Source: Bdellovibrio sp. (GTDB lineage Bacteria > Bdellovibrionota > Bdellovibrionia > Bdellovibrionales > Bdellovibrionaceae). From it: a stretch of DNA of 64,000 nucleotides. Of this stretch, positions 1-10,001 are shown piece after piece. The stretch is from the NCBI GenBank assembly GCA_036677065.1, contig JAKFBS010000001.1:160001-224000 (forward strand), given 5' to 3'. How positions within the stretch are numbered: position 1 is the stretch's first letter; each line of letters opens with the position of its first letter. Both the position numbers and the translations under genes were made by a program. The notes under the pieces were generated by a model. The model was not told the origin of the DNA. It worked only from the letters and a program-made list of their open reading frames with translations, and did not search any database.

Positions 1-496
1 CGGTTCTGAAGTTGAAATGAAAGAGAAAAAAGCCCGCGTTGAAGATGCATTAAATGCAACTCGCGCAGCTGTTGAAGAAGGTATCGTAGCTGGTGGTGGT
101 ACTGCTTTGCTACGCGCTTCTCAAGCTATCGTAAAAGCTAAATTCTCTGAAGAAGAGCGTTTCGGTGCTAACATCATCAAACGTGCTTGCGAAGAGCCTG
201 TTCGTCAAATCGCTACAAACGGCGGTCTTGATGGCGCTATCGTTGTGAACAATATCTTATTAGATAAATCTATGAACTACGGTTACAACGCATTCTCTGA
301 TGAATACACTGATCTATTAAAAGACGGCGTTATTGATCCAGTTAAAGTTGTTCGTTGTGCATTAACAAACGCAGCTTCAGTAGCATCATTGATGTTAACT
401 ACTGAAACTATGATTGCTGACGCTCCGAAAAAAGATACTGGTGGCGGTATGCCAGGCGGTGACCACGGTATGGGTGGCATGGGCGGCATGATGTAA
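1..496 (+). CDS. groL: Chaperonin GroEL, C-terminal part (gene starts before the window)
   Basis: [36 protein letters not shown] and GGM-repeat tail. Confidence 0.98.
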   Translation, partial: GSEVEMKEKKARVEDALNATRAAVEEGIVAGGGTALLRASQAIVKAKFSEEERFGANIIKRACEEPVRQIATNGGLDGAIVVNNILLDKSMNYGYNAFSDEYTDLLKDGVIDPVKVVRCALTNAASVASLMLTTETMIADAPKKDTGGGMPGGDHGMGGMGGMM

Positions 497-529
497 TCCC
501 TCGGGAGTACATTATTCTACTTAAAATTC

Positions 530-562
530 AAAACCCAAGGTCTAAAAGCCTTGGGTTTTTTT
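530..562 (+). terminator. Intrinsic terminator after groEL (probably bidirectional)
   Basis: aaaacccaagg-N8-ccttgggtttt followed by T-run. Confidence 0.85.
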
Positions 563-572
563 ATGTCTAAAG

Positions 573-1724
573 TTAATTTTGTATTTTGATAATTTGAAAC
601 AAAGAGCACTTGTTGCTTTGTAACTGAAAAGGAATACTGATTAGCTTCGCTGCGATGCTGGCCGCTTTTCTTAACTGTAAAATTGAATAATCGTACGGAT
701 TATCAAAAATATCAGCGTTAATTACGCCAAATTCTTTCATTTCATCGAGATCAAATTCAGTTAAGAGTTTAAAATCAGAATACTTAATACCTATATTCGC
801 AGGAGAAACAGACAGTGATAATCCCAGCGCTCCCCCGACTGAATCACAGCCCGTTAAAGAGGTTCGCAAAATATCTGAGAGCAGTTGTAATTGATAAAAT
901 TTATTCTCATATAAAAAATCACCGAGTTCCTGAGAATTTAAATAAGCTAGAAGCTCGCTCGATAAGGATTTTCTAGAGCGTACAAGCCGCGCGATAAGGT
1001 CGTTCAGCTGATTAGAAACTCTTTGAGATGAATTACCGCGTTTTGATAATACTTGATGAGCGATGCCGTATAAGAACAATAAACCTGCTGAGTTTGCTTT
1101 TTCTGCTAAAGATGCGACTTCGCGAGATAGCCCCACAGCAGATAATTTTTTAGTTTTTATGGCGTAGTTAAGTCCCGCACTAAATTTAGGATAATTAACA
1201 CCAATATTATAACTTGCAGCCGCACCCGCAGGCACCCCGAGCGCCTCAGCACTTACACCGGCAAAGGCTCCTAAAAAGCCGCCGTTATAGTGATCGTTAG
1301 ATTTACAAGAAAGCGTTTTTCCAACAGATAAATCGATTCCGACACCAATATCGGTGCGTGCCGAAACGCCGGGTGCACAAAATACACCGATGTTTTTTTC
1401 ATGCACTGCAAATTCGACCATTTTGCTTACGCCAACACCTACAAAGGCTTCGGCAGATATTCCAACGGCAACGTGTTCAATGGCATGGCCTGTGTGATCA
1501 ATAAGGTTATTTTTAATAGAACCGATTTTAGTTAACATTTCACGAAGTTTTGATTTGTTGGTAATATCCGCAAAGATTTCTGGATTTAATTCAACGATTT
1601 CTAATTTTTGCTGATATTCAGCTAGTGCTTCTGACGAAGTTTTTCTTTCTTGTTCTGATTTGGAAAAACTTGCGCAGTTCTGCAGAAATAAAATACCAAT
1701 AAAGAGAGTAAAGATCTTTTTCAT
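573..1724 (-). CDS. Hypothetical lipoprotein with Gly/Ala-rich hydrophobic segments
   Basis: 383-aa ORF, signal peptide with lipobox-like LQNC, GGAG SD upstream. Confidence 0.7.
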   Translation of the reverse strand: MKKIFTLFIGILFLQNCASFSKSEQERKTSSEALAEYQQKLEIVELNPEIFADITNKSKLREMLTKIGSIKNNLIDHTGHAIEHVAVGISAEAFVGVGVSKMVEFAVHEKNIGVFCAPGVSARTDIGVGIDLSVGKTLSCKSNDHYNGGFLGAFAGVSAEALGVPAGAAASYNIGVNYPKFSAGLNYAIKTKKLSAVGLSREVASLAEKANSAGLLFLYGIAHQVLSKRGNSSQRVSNQLNDLIARLVRSRKSLSSELLAYLNSQELGDFLYENKFYQLQLLSDILRTSLTGCDSVGGALGLSLSVSPANIGIKYSDFKLLTEFDLDEMKEFGVINADIFDNPYDYSILQLRKAASIAAKLISIPFQLQSNKCSLFQIIKIQN

Positions 1725-1841
1725 AATTCAACGCTCCATCTTTATTTTATCTCGATGTGAATTTGGATATAAACCGATTTTATTTAGGTCTAGACTTATG
1801 TAGGACCAGCCATAGGCACAAAACTTTTTAGCAGAAGTAAA

Positions 1842-2462
1842 TCAAATCAAATAAAGCGCGATACTGAAATATTGAAAAATACTTCCGCCCATTACGAATA
1901 AATGCCAGATGCCGTGAAAGTGTTTAAATTTTTCGTCCTGAACAAAAAAGAAAACGCCGACAGTATAAAACATTCCGCCAATGGCCAACAAAGCTACACC
2001 GGGCGCGGGCATTGCTAACATTAAATCTTTAATAGCAAAAATGATGAGCCAACCCATGATCAAATAGATGAATAAAGATGGAATTCTGGTTTTTTTAGCT
2101 ATGGTGAATTCACACATAATTCCGACAGCGGCCAAGCTCCAGATGATTCCAAAGATCCACCATCCGACAACGCCTTTTAAAGCCACGAGAGTGAATGGTG
2201 TATAAGAGCCTGCGATAAATAAATAAATCGAGATGTGATCTAATTTTTGTAAGATAGCTTTAGGCCTAGGACCAGGAACGCTATGATACAAAGTTGAAAC
2301 ACCGTACAATATGATTAACATAGCGCCATAAATAATAGTGCCGGTAATTTTAATAGCATCGCCTTGAACTACAGCTAAAGTAATCAACACAGAAGCACCG
2401 GCGACTGCTAATAACAAACCAATTAAATGAGAAATGCTGTTAAAGCGTTCGCCGTGATAAAT
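1842..2462 (-). CDS. Hemolysin III / PAQR-family membrane protein (TrhA-like); probable ATT start
   Basis: STLYH, LDHISIYLFIAGSYTP and HGIWHLFV motifs; frame extends upstream to (I/M)YHGERFNSISHLIG with AAGGAG SD. Confidence 0.9.
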   Translation of the reverse strand: MYHGERFNSISHLIGLLLAVAGASVLITLAVVQGDAIKITGTIIYGAMLIILYGVSTLYHSVPGPRPKAILQKLDHISIYLFIAGSYTPFTLVALKGVVGWWIFGIIWSLAAVGIMCEFTIAKKTRIPSLFIYLIMGWLIIFAIKDLMLAMPAPGVALLAIGGMFYTVGVFFFVQDEKFKHFHGIWHLFVMGGSIFQYFSIALYLI

Positions 2463-2463
2463 A

Positions 2464-4032
2464 TTAAACTCCTTGGTACATGCGATCTTCGAATGCGGTC
2501 AGTGCAGCTTTTGCGCCTTCACCCATCGCGATCACAATTTGCTTAAATGGCGTAGTCGTAACATCGCCAGCCGCATAAATGTTTTTAGCAGAAGTGCGAC
2601 CTTTACTGTCTACTACAATTTCGCCGAACTTGTTAGTCTCAACGATATCTTTAGCAAATTGACTATTAGGTAATAATCCAATTTGTACGAACACGCCTTC
2701 TAAGGTTTCAGATTCAACAGTGTTGGTGTTGCGATCTAAATATTGTAAGGCAGTCACTTGTTGGCCATTGCCGATAACTTCGGTAGTTTTTGCCGAAGTT
2801 ATAATTTTAGCATTAGGTAAAGATTTAAGTTTTTCAACTAACACAGCGTCTGCTTTTAGTGTGTCGTTATATTCAAACAACACCACTTCGCTAACAATAC
2901 CTGCTAAATCAATCGCCGCTTCTACGCCAGAGTTTCCGCCGCCGATCACTGCGATTTTTTTACCTTTATAAAATGGACCATCACAGTGTGGGCAAAATGC
3001 GACGCCGCGACCAAGATACTCTTTTTCGCCAGGAATATTTAATTCGCGCCATTTGGCACCCGTTGAAATAATAATCGAACCAGCTTTTAAAAATTCACCG
3101 CTTTCCAAATGAATTACATTTTCAGCTTTATCAATTTTAGCAACTCGGCGATGTTCTAAAAGTTTTACCGGATAACTTAATACGTGTTGGTTTAACTGCG
3201 CCGCTAATTGTGGGCCTTCAGTGTAAACAACAGAAATTAAATTTTCGATACCTTTGGTGTCTTGTACTTGTCCGCCAAAGCGTTCAGCGATGAGTGCTGT
3301 CTTTAAGCCTTTGCGAACACTATAAATCGCAGCAGATGCCCCTGCTGGACCGCCGCCGATCACAACGACATCGTAATCGCCAAGATTAGCATCAGCACCA
3401 GAAATTTTGGCGCTAGATTCATCAAGGCCAAAAGTTTCTTCTAATGTTTTTAAAAGTTCGGCAAAATTCGCACGGCCTGAGTGAATCATTTTACCGTCAA
3501 CAACAACGCTAGGCACACCTTGTACACCAAGGCTTGCAATTTCATCTTGGGCGTAAGCGCCGTCGATAGTTTCATGTTGAAAATCATCATGAATAATAGC
3601 CATCAAGTTTAAAGCTTGAACGACGACCGGACAATTTTCGCAGTCTAAAGACATAAACGTTCTTACACGAATAGGTCCGCGTAAAGATTTAATACGTTGT
3701 AAAATCATCGCATCAGGAAGTTTACCTTTTCCGTCTGCGTTTAAAATTGCTAAAATTAAAGAGGTAAATTCATGACCTCCGGGAATACCCGTAAAAAATA
3801 CGCCAGTTGATTTTCCGTTTTTGTGAATGGTAAATCTTGGAGGCACATCAGCGGCTGCAGATGCGGGATCAAACTTTGCAGAAATTTTATCATTTGTTTC
3901 AGCTACGCCAGTTAACATTTCAACAAGTTCATTTTGATTGGCATTCGTGCTTTGTTCGTAAACTAGATCAATTTGATTTTCTAAATTTGCAAATACACTT
4001 TTGAGCTGTTCTTTTAAATCGGAATCTAACAT
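2464..4032 (-). CDS. ahpF: Alkyl hydroperoxide reductase subunit F
   Basis: GHEFTSLILA, CENC, GGGPAG, CPHCDGP and GGGNSG motifs; follows ahpC. Confidence 0.96.
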   Translation of the reverse strand: MLDSDLKEQLKSVFANLENQIDLVYEQSTNANQNELVEMLTGVAETNDKISAKFDPASAAADVPPRFTIHKNGKSTGVFFTGIPGGHEFTSLILAILNADGKGKLPDAMILQRIKSLRGPIRVRTFMSLDCENCPVVVQALNLMAIIHDDFQHETIDGAYAQDEIASLGVQGVPSVVVDGKMIHSGRANFAELLKTLEETFGLDESSAKISGADANLGDYDVVVIGGGPAGASAAIYSVRKGLKTALIAERFGGQVQDTKGIENLISVVYTEGPQLAAQLNQHVLSYPVKLLEHRRVAKIDKAENVIHLESGEFLKAGSIIISTGAKWRELNIPGEKEYLGRGVAFCPHCDGPFYKGKKIAVIGGGNSGVEAAIDLAGIVSEVVLFEYNDTLKADAVLVEKLKSLPNAKIITSAKTTEVIGNGQQVTALQYLDRNTNTVESETLEGVFVQIGLLPNSQFAKDIVETNKFGEIVVDSKGRTSAKNIYAAGDVTTTPFKQIVIAMGEGAKAALTAFEDRMYQGV

Positions 4033-4084
4033 AAGACCTCCTTGAGAGAACTAGAGAAAGAGAGAGAGAAGAAAAGAAGGAAGA

Positions 4085-4137
4085 GGTAGGCCCTGCCTTT
4101 TTGGGATGCGGCGCATGCCAAAAAGTAACGGCCTACC
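4085..4137 (-). promoter_or_regulatory. Intercistronic stem-loop between ahpC and ahpF
   Basis: ggtaggcc...ctttttgg...ccaaaaag...ggcctacc nested inverted repeat. Confidence 0.6.
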
Positions 4138-4146
4138 CAAAGAAAA

Positions 4147-4716
4147 CTAGATTTTACCAACTAGGTCTAAACCTGGTTTTAAAGTTTTCGCACCTGGAGT
4201 CCATTTAGCTGGGCAAACTTCATTCGGGTGAGCTGCTACGAATTGAGCGGCTTGAACTTTACGAAGTAATTCATCAGCGTTACGGCCGATACCGTTATCG
4301 TTAACTTCAGCTAATTTGATGTGACCTTCTGGATTAACTAAGAAAGTACCACGGTAAGCCATACCAGCGTCTTCAATGTAAACACCGAATGCGCGAGATA
4401 AGTGACCCGTTGGATCAGCTAACATCGGGTATTTGATTTTTTTGATAGTTTCAGAAGCGTCATGCCAAGCTTTGTGAGTGAAGTGAGTGTCTGTAGAAAC
4501 AGAGTAAACTTCGACGCCAAGTTTTTGAAATTCAGCATATTTATCAGCCATGTCGCCTAATTCTGTAGGACAAACAAATGTGAAATCTGCTGGATAGAAA
4601 AAGAAAACAGACCATTTACCGTTAAGGTCATTGCTGGTTACAGTTTTGAAACTGTTGTTATGGTAAGCTTGAACTTTGAAGTCCGTTACTTTTGTATTAA
4701 TTAATGTAGCTGCCAC
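4147..4716 (-). CDS. ahpC: Alkyl hydroperoxide reductase subunit C (2-Cys peroxiredoxin)
   Basis: FFYPADFTFVCPTE, GIGRNADELLR and EVCPAKW motifs. Confidence 0.97.
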   Translation of the reverse strand: MAATLINTKVTDFKVQAYHNNSFKTVTSNDLNGKWSVFFFYPADFTFVCPTELGDMADKYAEFQKLGVEVYSVSTDTHFTHKAWHDASETIKKIKYPMLADPTGHLSRAFGVYIEDAGMAYRGTFLVNPEGHIKLAEVNDNGIGRNADELLRKVQAAQFVAAHPNEVCPAKWTPGAKTLKPGLDLVGKI

Positions 4717-4793
4717 GAGGGCCCCCTTTTGTGTTTGTTATTGGTTGTTTATAAAACCGAATAAATCTTATTAAGTTAATACTGCCAGCACAA

Positions 4794-4838
4794 ATATATA
4801 AAATCTATGTTATTTGAATCAATATAGATATAATCTAT
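4794..4838. promoter_or_regulatory. Putative OxyR/LysR-type binding site upstream of ahpC
   Basis: ATAG-N7-CTAT at 4824-4838 and ATAT-N7-CTAT at 4794-4808. Confidence 0.45.
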
Positions 4839-5022
4839 ATTGCCTAAGACAGACCTTATTGAAACCAGGACTTTTGGGGCAAAATTGTCGAACTGCTGCA
4901 CAGTAAATTAAAAGTTCTTCTTAAAATAAGATTCTGAGGTTAGAGATTATATCTCTTAAATAAAAACATATAAGATTAATAAAACGCCATTAGTGCTTGA
5001 AGACAATACGGAGGTTTTCACA

Positions 5023-5523
5023 ATGATTTTACGCAGGTTATATATAGTTCTATCGTTAAGTGCCACTCTGTTCTGCTTACCGAAAGCGTTAGCTCAAAAC
5101 GCTGTGGGTATCACTATCGGAGGCCCGACTTATATTCACTTTACCCATGGTCTTGGCGGTCCTGCAGCAGTCGAAGCTGGGATTTCTTTTTCATATAATC
5201 ATGCAACTCATATTTATGGAGACTATTTAATAGAAACACATGCTCCATTACGTAGCCCGCAATTAAATGATGTCGGTTTATTTTATGGTATCGGAGGAAT
5301 GATCGTTATTACGAATGATGATCACTATCATCATCGCAAAGATGGTTATTATGGAGACGACGGCGATGTAGGGTTTGGCGTGCGTTTTCCGCTAGGTTTA
5401 GACTGGCGTCCGGTGAAAGCCCAGAATTTTAGTTTTCATATAGAGATCGTGCCGATTATTGCCGTAGTTCCTGAAACTGAATTAGAATTTAATGCGGGCC
5501 TTGGATTAAAATATCACTTTTAG
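5023..5523 (+). CDS. Small outer-membrane beta-barrel protein (hypothetical)
   Basis: GGAGG SD before ATG 5023, signal peptide, amphipathic strands (GVRFPLGLDW), C-terminal LKYHF. Confidence 0.7.
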   Translation: MILRRLYIVLSLSATLFCLPKALAQNAVGITIGGPTYIHFTHGLGGPAAVEAGISFSYNHATHIYGDYLIETHAPLRSPQLNDVGLFYGIGGMIVITNDDHYHHRKDGYYGDDGDVGFGVRFPLGLDWRPVKAQNFSFHIEIVPIIAVVPETELEFNAGLGLKYHF

Positions 5524-5524
5524 C

Positions 5525-5540
5525 TGGTCAGCAATTTGCT
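5525..5540 (+). promoter_or_regulatory. Putative sigma54 -24/-12 promoter
   Basis: TGGTCA-GCAAT-TTGCT, GG-N10-GC, 35 nt before the ATG at 5575. Confidence 0.55.
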
Positions 5541-5574
5541 TCTTTGAAAAAGAAAACTACCAAAGAGGCAATAC

Positions 5575-5934
5575 ATGACAATTCAAATTATTTTACTAGC
5601 AGCAGCAACAACGGTTGGTGCCAAGCTTTTCGCGCAACCGGCTACGGTTAGCAGCCCTGCTGCTTCAGCCCCGGCTATTATGCAAGATTCGACAACTAAA
5701 ACCGATTCAGATCTGAAAACGACGAGCGAAAGTTTACCGGGAAGTATTGGCAAAAAACCAACGACACCGAATACATCTGCAGAAGGTGTGGGTGAAAGAA
5801 AAGGTCAAACAGATCCATCGGGGCCACATAGTTACATAGGTTCGCGCGCGCGCGGTAAAGCATTGCAAACGGATAAGTTTCCACGTCCGCCGGTGCCAGC
5901 TTCGGGAACGACACAGCCAAAATCGAAATATTAG
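5575..5934 (+). CDS. Secreted low-complexity hypothetical protein
   Basis: GAGG SD, signal-like N-terminus, S/T/P-rich. Confidence 0.6.
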   Translation: MTIQIILLAAATTVGAKLFAQPATVSSPAASAPAIMQDSTTKTDSDLKTTSESLPGSIGKKPTTPNTSAEGVGERKGQTDPSGPHSYIGSRARGKALQTDKFPRPPVPASGTTQPKSKY

Positions 5935-7277
5935 ATTTTCGCGTTCTTAAATAAAACCTTTAGTGCTCCTAAACAGTGGCGATCAACGCGTCCGCCGTAA
6001 ATTTTTTCCATATGAGCGATAACAATCAGAGCAGGCTTTCCGGAACCATTAGACCCTGCTAAAGCATGTTCGATAAAGATATTCGCACATTGCAAAATTT
6101 TTGACATAGGATGAAGAGCCAACTTTTCTTTTCTTAAAGGATATCCCAGGCCTTCTAAGTCTTCGTGATGTTCAGAGACCATCTGCACCACATCAGAAGA
6201 AACGTTAGGTAAAGCATTTAGAATTTCTTGTCCACGCATAGCATGGCTTTCGATCATTTGTCGTTCTTCTCTAGAAACCAGATGGCGGGGTTTATCTAAA
6301 ATTTCGCGATCGATTTCTTTTTTTCCAATATCATGAAACAGGCCAGCCATGGTTATTTTTGCCAGCGCTGCGTTGGATTCAAAACCCAATTGTTTGGCAA
6401 TCATGACTGAATACATGGCTACCCCTAATGAGTGGGCATAAACATGATCAGAGTGAGAATTTAGTAAATTTAATAAATCAAAGTTTTCGGGTGATTCAGT
6501 AATGGCATCCAAAGTAATTTCGGTAAAGGTTTTAGCTTCTTGTAAGCTGCTTTTATCAAGACCATCAACAAATGTTCTTTCTAATAAAATTTCGCCGGTG
6601 TATTTCAAAAAATTTAACTTTTTTTGAATCGAAATATCAGAGCGATTTTTAATAATGTTCGCCAGACCTAAATTAAATTGAACTAGCTTACTAAAATCTT
6701 CTTTGCGAATAAACAAATATTTTACGCCTTTTTCTTTGTAATGGTTTACCTTCTCTTTAGGGATTTCTTCGCCCTGATGAGCAATTTTAATATATTTGGT
6801 TTCTGAGAGCTTAATGTAAACATCAAAATCAATTTTTGATTTGGCGACAAACTCTTCAATTGAAACTTTACAAAATTCTTTAGCGATTTCTTCGACAGCA
6901 AATTGTTTGGGTTCTGGTGTTATTCCTAAAACAGAATCAACAAGAGTTAACAATTCCAGGTTTTTAAACGGCTTGGCAATAAAACCTTTGGCTCCTAAAT
7001 CAAAAGCAGATTTAGTTTCAAGCACCATAGAAAAACCGGTCATAATAATAAATGGAACCTCAGGCTTATACTGTCGTGCCCACTCTAAGAGCTCTAAACC
7101 GGTAAGTCCGGGCATCTGAATGTCGGTTAAAACCACATCAACGGTTTGCATAGCAAGGATCTCTTTTGCGGATTTACCATTGGGAGATTCTAAAACAGTA
7201 AATTTTTTCTTTAATAAATCGCGCAGCGCCTCACGAAAAAAATTATCATCTTCAACAATCAAAATCTTTTTTAACAT
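5931..7277 (-). CDS. Response regulator with HD-GYP cyclic di-GMP phosphodiesterase domain
   Basis: REC domain (VEDD, TDIQMP, KPF) plus HDIGK and HHEDLEGLGYP. Confidence 0.9.
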   Translation of the reverse strand: MLKKILIVEDDNFFREALRDLLKKKFTVLESPNGKSAKEILAMQTVDVVLTDIQMPGLTGLELLEWARQYKPEVPFIIMTGFSMVLETKSAFDLGAKGFIAKPFKNLELLTLVDSVLGITPEPKQFAVEEIAKEFCKVSIEEFVAKSKIDFDVYIKLSETKYIKIAHQGEEIPKEKVNHYKEKGVKYLFIRKEDFSKLVQFNLGLANIIKNRSDISIQKKLNFLKYTGEILLERTFVDGLDKSSLQEAKTFTEITLDAITESPENFDLLNLLNSHSDHVYAHSLGVAMYSVMIAKQLGFESNAALAKITMAGLFHDIGKKEIDREILDKPRHLVSREERQMIESHAMRGQEILNALPNVSSDVVQMVSEHHEDLEGLGYPLRKEKLALHPMSKILQCANIFIEHALAGSNGSGKPALIVIAHMEKIYGGRVDRHCLGALKVLFKNAKI

Positions 7278-7410
7278 ACGATAACCTCTAGATAAGTATT
7301 CTCTAATAAAAAGTTATCCGCTAGGCCAGTTGCAGAGCGTTCTCGACTTAGAGAGTGTTTTAAATTCAGGAGTATCGGATAGAAGCAGTTTTATTTATAC
7401 TTTTTTAAGC

Positions 7411-8382
7411 ATGAAAAAATATTTACTTTTCTTTATTTTTTGTATTTCTCAAGACTTATATGCAGAGAATATTAAAGATGAACCTATAAAACCAATCCGC
7501 GCTCTATCTTCGCAAGCTTCAGAGGAGAAAATCAGATTGGGCTTGGAGTTATTTCAAGAAAAAAAGCTCTCAGCAAACAACACAATTTCTTGTGCCAGTT
7601 GCCATAATCTATTTCGTGGCGGTGTTGATAACCTGAATCGCTCAATTGGCATTAATGGCGCGGTTGGAGACATAAACTCACCAACAGTTTTTAACAGTGG
7701 TTTAAATTTTGTTCAGTTTTGGGATGGGCGCGCAAAAACTCTGGAAGACCAGATGGATGGCCCGATTCAACATCCGAAAGAAATGGGTACGACATGGGCG
7801 CATGTTGTAGAAAAAATTAAACAAGACACTAAATACAAAGCACGTTTTTCTGCGCAATACCGTGATGGAGTTACAGCAAAAAATATTAAAGACGCGATTG
7901 CCAGTTTTGAACGAGCATTAATAACACCCAACTCTAAGTTTGATAAGTATCTTGCTGGTGACGGCAAGGCTTTAACCGAAAAAGAAATTCTAGGATACAA
8001 CCGCTTTAAATCTTTAGGCTGTATTGCCTGTCATCAAGGGCAAAATGTCGGCGGCAATATGTTTCAAACTATGGGAATCATGGGAGACTACTTCAAAGAC
8101 CGTAAAGGCATGCCGCTTAACGAACATGATCTTGGGCGTTTTAACGTCACCCAGCGTGAACAGGATAAATACGTTTTTCGGGTACCAAGTCTTAGAAATG
8201 TCGAACTGACATCGCCGTATTTTCATGATGGCTATGCTAAAACACTTAACGATGCTGTGTTAATTATGGGGCGCTATCAATTAGGACAAACACTTTCAAA
8301 AGAAGATGCGGATGCAATCGTGGCTTTTTTAAAAACCTTAACCGGAGAACTTCCGGTCGTATTAAAGGAAACCAGCAAATGA
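7411..8382 (+). CDS. Di-heme cytochrome c peroxidase (bCcP/MauG family)
   Basis: CASCH and CIACH heme motifs, NSPTVFN, QFWDGRA, VPSLRNV..PYFHDG; signal peptide from ATG 7411. Confidence 0.92.
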   Translation: MKKYLLFFIFCISQDLYAENIKDEPIKPIRALSSQASEEKIRLGLELFQEKKLSANNTISCASCHNLFRGGVDNLNRSIGINGAVGDINSPTVFNSGLNFVQFWDGRAKTLEDQMDGPIQHPKEMGTTWAHVVEKIKQDTKYKARFSAQYRDGVTAKNIKDAIASFERALITPNSKFDKYLAGDGKALTEKEILGYNRFKSLGCIACHQGQNVGGNMFQTMGIMGDYFKDRKGMPLNEHDLGRFNVTQREQDKYVFRVPSLRNVELTSPYFHDGYAKTLNDAVLIMGRYQLGQTLSKEDADAIVAFLKTLTGELPVVLKETSK

Positions 8383-10001
8383 AAAGATACTTAGCGCTTT
8401 TCATCAGTAGTCTATTAAGTCTTGCGGGTCTTGGCTATGTTTACCTTCATTCGCGAGGCACTCTCAGAGACAGTCACCAGGAAATTGTCGATCTTTTAAA
8501 TGCTACAAAACAAAGTGAAGTCGAAATTAATCAAGATATTTTGCGCGTTCAGAATTTTTTGCTTCAAGATTATGACTCTATTGCCAAAGAAAAAGAAAAC
8601 TTAGAAGAATTTTGTGCGCCTGACAATGCAATAGCCAAATCGCATCCGACAGAAGGATCAAATTTTCAAATGTATTTTAAAGAATATTGTCAGGCTGTAG
8701 ACGCAAAAATTCTGGCAATTGAAGATTTTAAGTCAATTAATTCAGTTTATAAAAATTCGCTGCTTTTTTTACACGGACAAGCGATTGAATGGCAAAGTAA
8801 GACTCTTTTTACTCAATTACCACCGGCCGAAAAACTTAGAAGGCAGCTAACTTATATTGCTTTGACCTATGGTTTACTTTCGGATGCAAACACAAAAGCC
8901 TTAGCTAATGCCCGAAAAGAATATTTTTTAGCGCAAAAATTTCCTCAACATATTATTTCTGAGCATGCGTTAAAGCTGATCGATATTAAACCGCGCCGCC
9001 TTCAGGCAACACTGGAAATCGTCGAGGCACCAACACGTCAGATTTTTGAAAAACTAAGACAGTCTTACTTTGAAGAATTTCAAAAAGAGCAAAAACAAAC
9101 TTTATTTTTTCAAAATCTATTATTAGGACTTTGTTTAACGCTGATTGGTTTTGTGATTTTCAATGTTATTAAAATTTGGCAAGTGGCCAGAGCGTTACAT
9201 CACGCGAATACACATCTGGAAGAGCGCGTTCGCGCCCGCACAGAAGAACTATTGGTTTCACAACAAACCATTGTTGAACAACAGCAAACGTTAGCCTTAA
9301 CTTCAAAAATGTCGGCCTTGGGTGAAATGGCCGGTGGCGTAGCACATGAAATCAACACACCATTAGCCGTTATTCAAATGCGAACAGAACAAGTGCTGGA
9401 AAACTTAGAAGAAGACGAGTTAGATAAAGAACTATTAGCAAATGCTCTGCGCGCTATCGACGACACGGTAAAAAGGATTGCTAAAATTATCAATGGATTA
9501 CGTTCTTTTGCGCGCGACGGGCGCAAAGACCCGATCAGTTCATATTCAATCTCAAAAATAGTTGATGAAACATTTAGCCTATGCCGTGAACGCTTTAATA
9601 ATCATGGGGTTCAGCTCGAATATATTTGTAAGCAAGACGTAGAAATTCTATGTCGCTCAGTAGAAATCTCGCAAGTGCTGTTGAACTTATTGAATAACTC
9701 TTATGACGCCATTCAAGGTTTTTCAGACAAATGGGTTAAGATTGAACTTATTGAGCAAGCAGATGTGGTCCTTCTTAGCGTCAGTGACTGTGGTCAGGGT
9801 ATTCCTCAGGAAATCCGAGATAAAATGATGCAGCCATTTTTCACGACTAAAGAAATCGGTAAAGGCACCGGCCTTGGGCTTAGTATATCGCGTGGAATTA
9901 TTGAAAGCCACGGGGGAAGTCTTCAGATCAACAGCGCTTCTGCCAATACTGAAATTATCATTACATTACCTCGGCGAGCGGTATCGGATCATGTCGCCTG
10001 A
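8379..10001 (+). CDS. Sensor histidine kinase with helical periplasmic domain (DAHL-like)
   Basis: Two TM segments, AHEINTPL H-box, NLLNN, DCGQG, FFTTK and GTGLGL boxes; ATGA overlap with the peroxidase stop. Confidence 0.9.
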   Translation: MKRYLALFISSLLSLAGLGYVYLHSRGTLRDSHQEIVDLLNATKQSEVEINQDILRVQNFLLQDYDSIAKEKENLEEFCAPDNAIAKSHPTEGSNFQMYFKEYCQAVDAKILAIEDFKSINSVYKNSLLFLHGQAIEWQSKTLFTQLPPAEKLRRQLTYIALTYGLLSDANTKALANARKEYFLAQKFPQHIISEHALKLIDIKPRRLQATLEIVEAPTRQIFEKLRQSYFEEFQKEQKQTLFFQNLLLGLCLTLIGFVIFNVIKIWQVARALHHANTHLEERVRARTEELLVSQQTIVEQQQTLALTSKMSALGEMAGGVAHEINTPLAVIQMRTEQVLENLEEDELDKELLANALRAIDDTVKRIAKIINGLRSFARDGRKDPISSYSISKIVDETFSLCRERFNNHGVQLEYICKQDVEILCRSVEISQVLLNLLNNSYDAIQGFSDKWVKIELIEQADVVLLSVSDCGQGIPQEIRDKMMQPFFTTKEIGKGTGLGLSISRGIIESHGGSLQINSASANTEIIITLPRRAVSDHVA

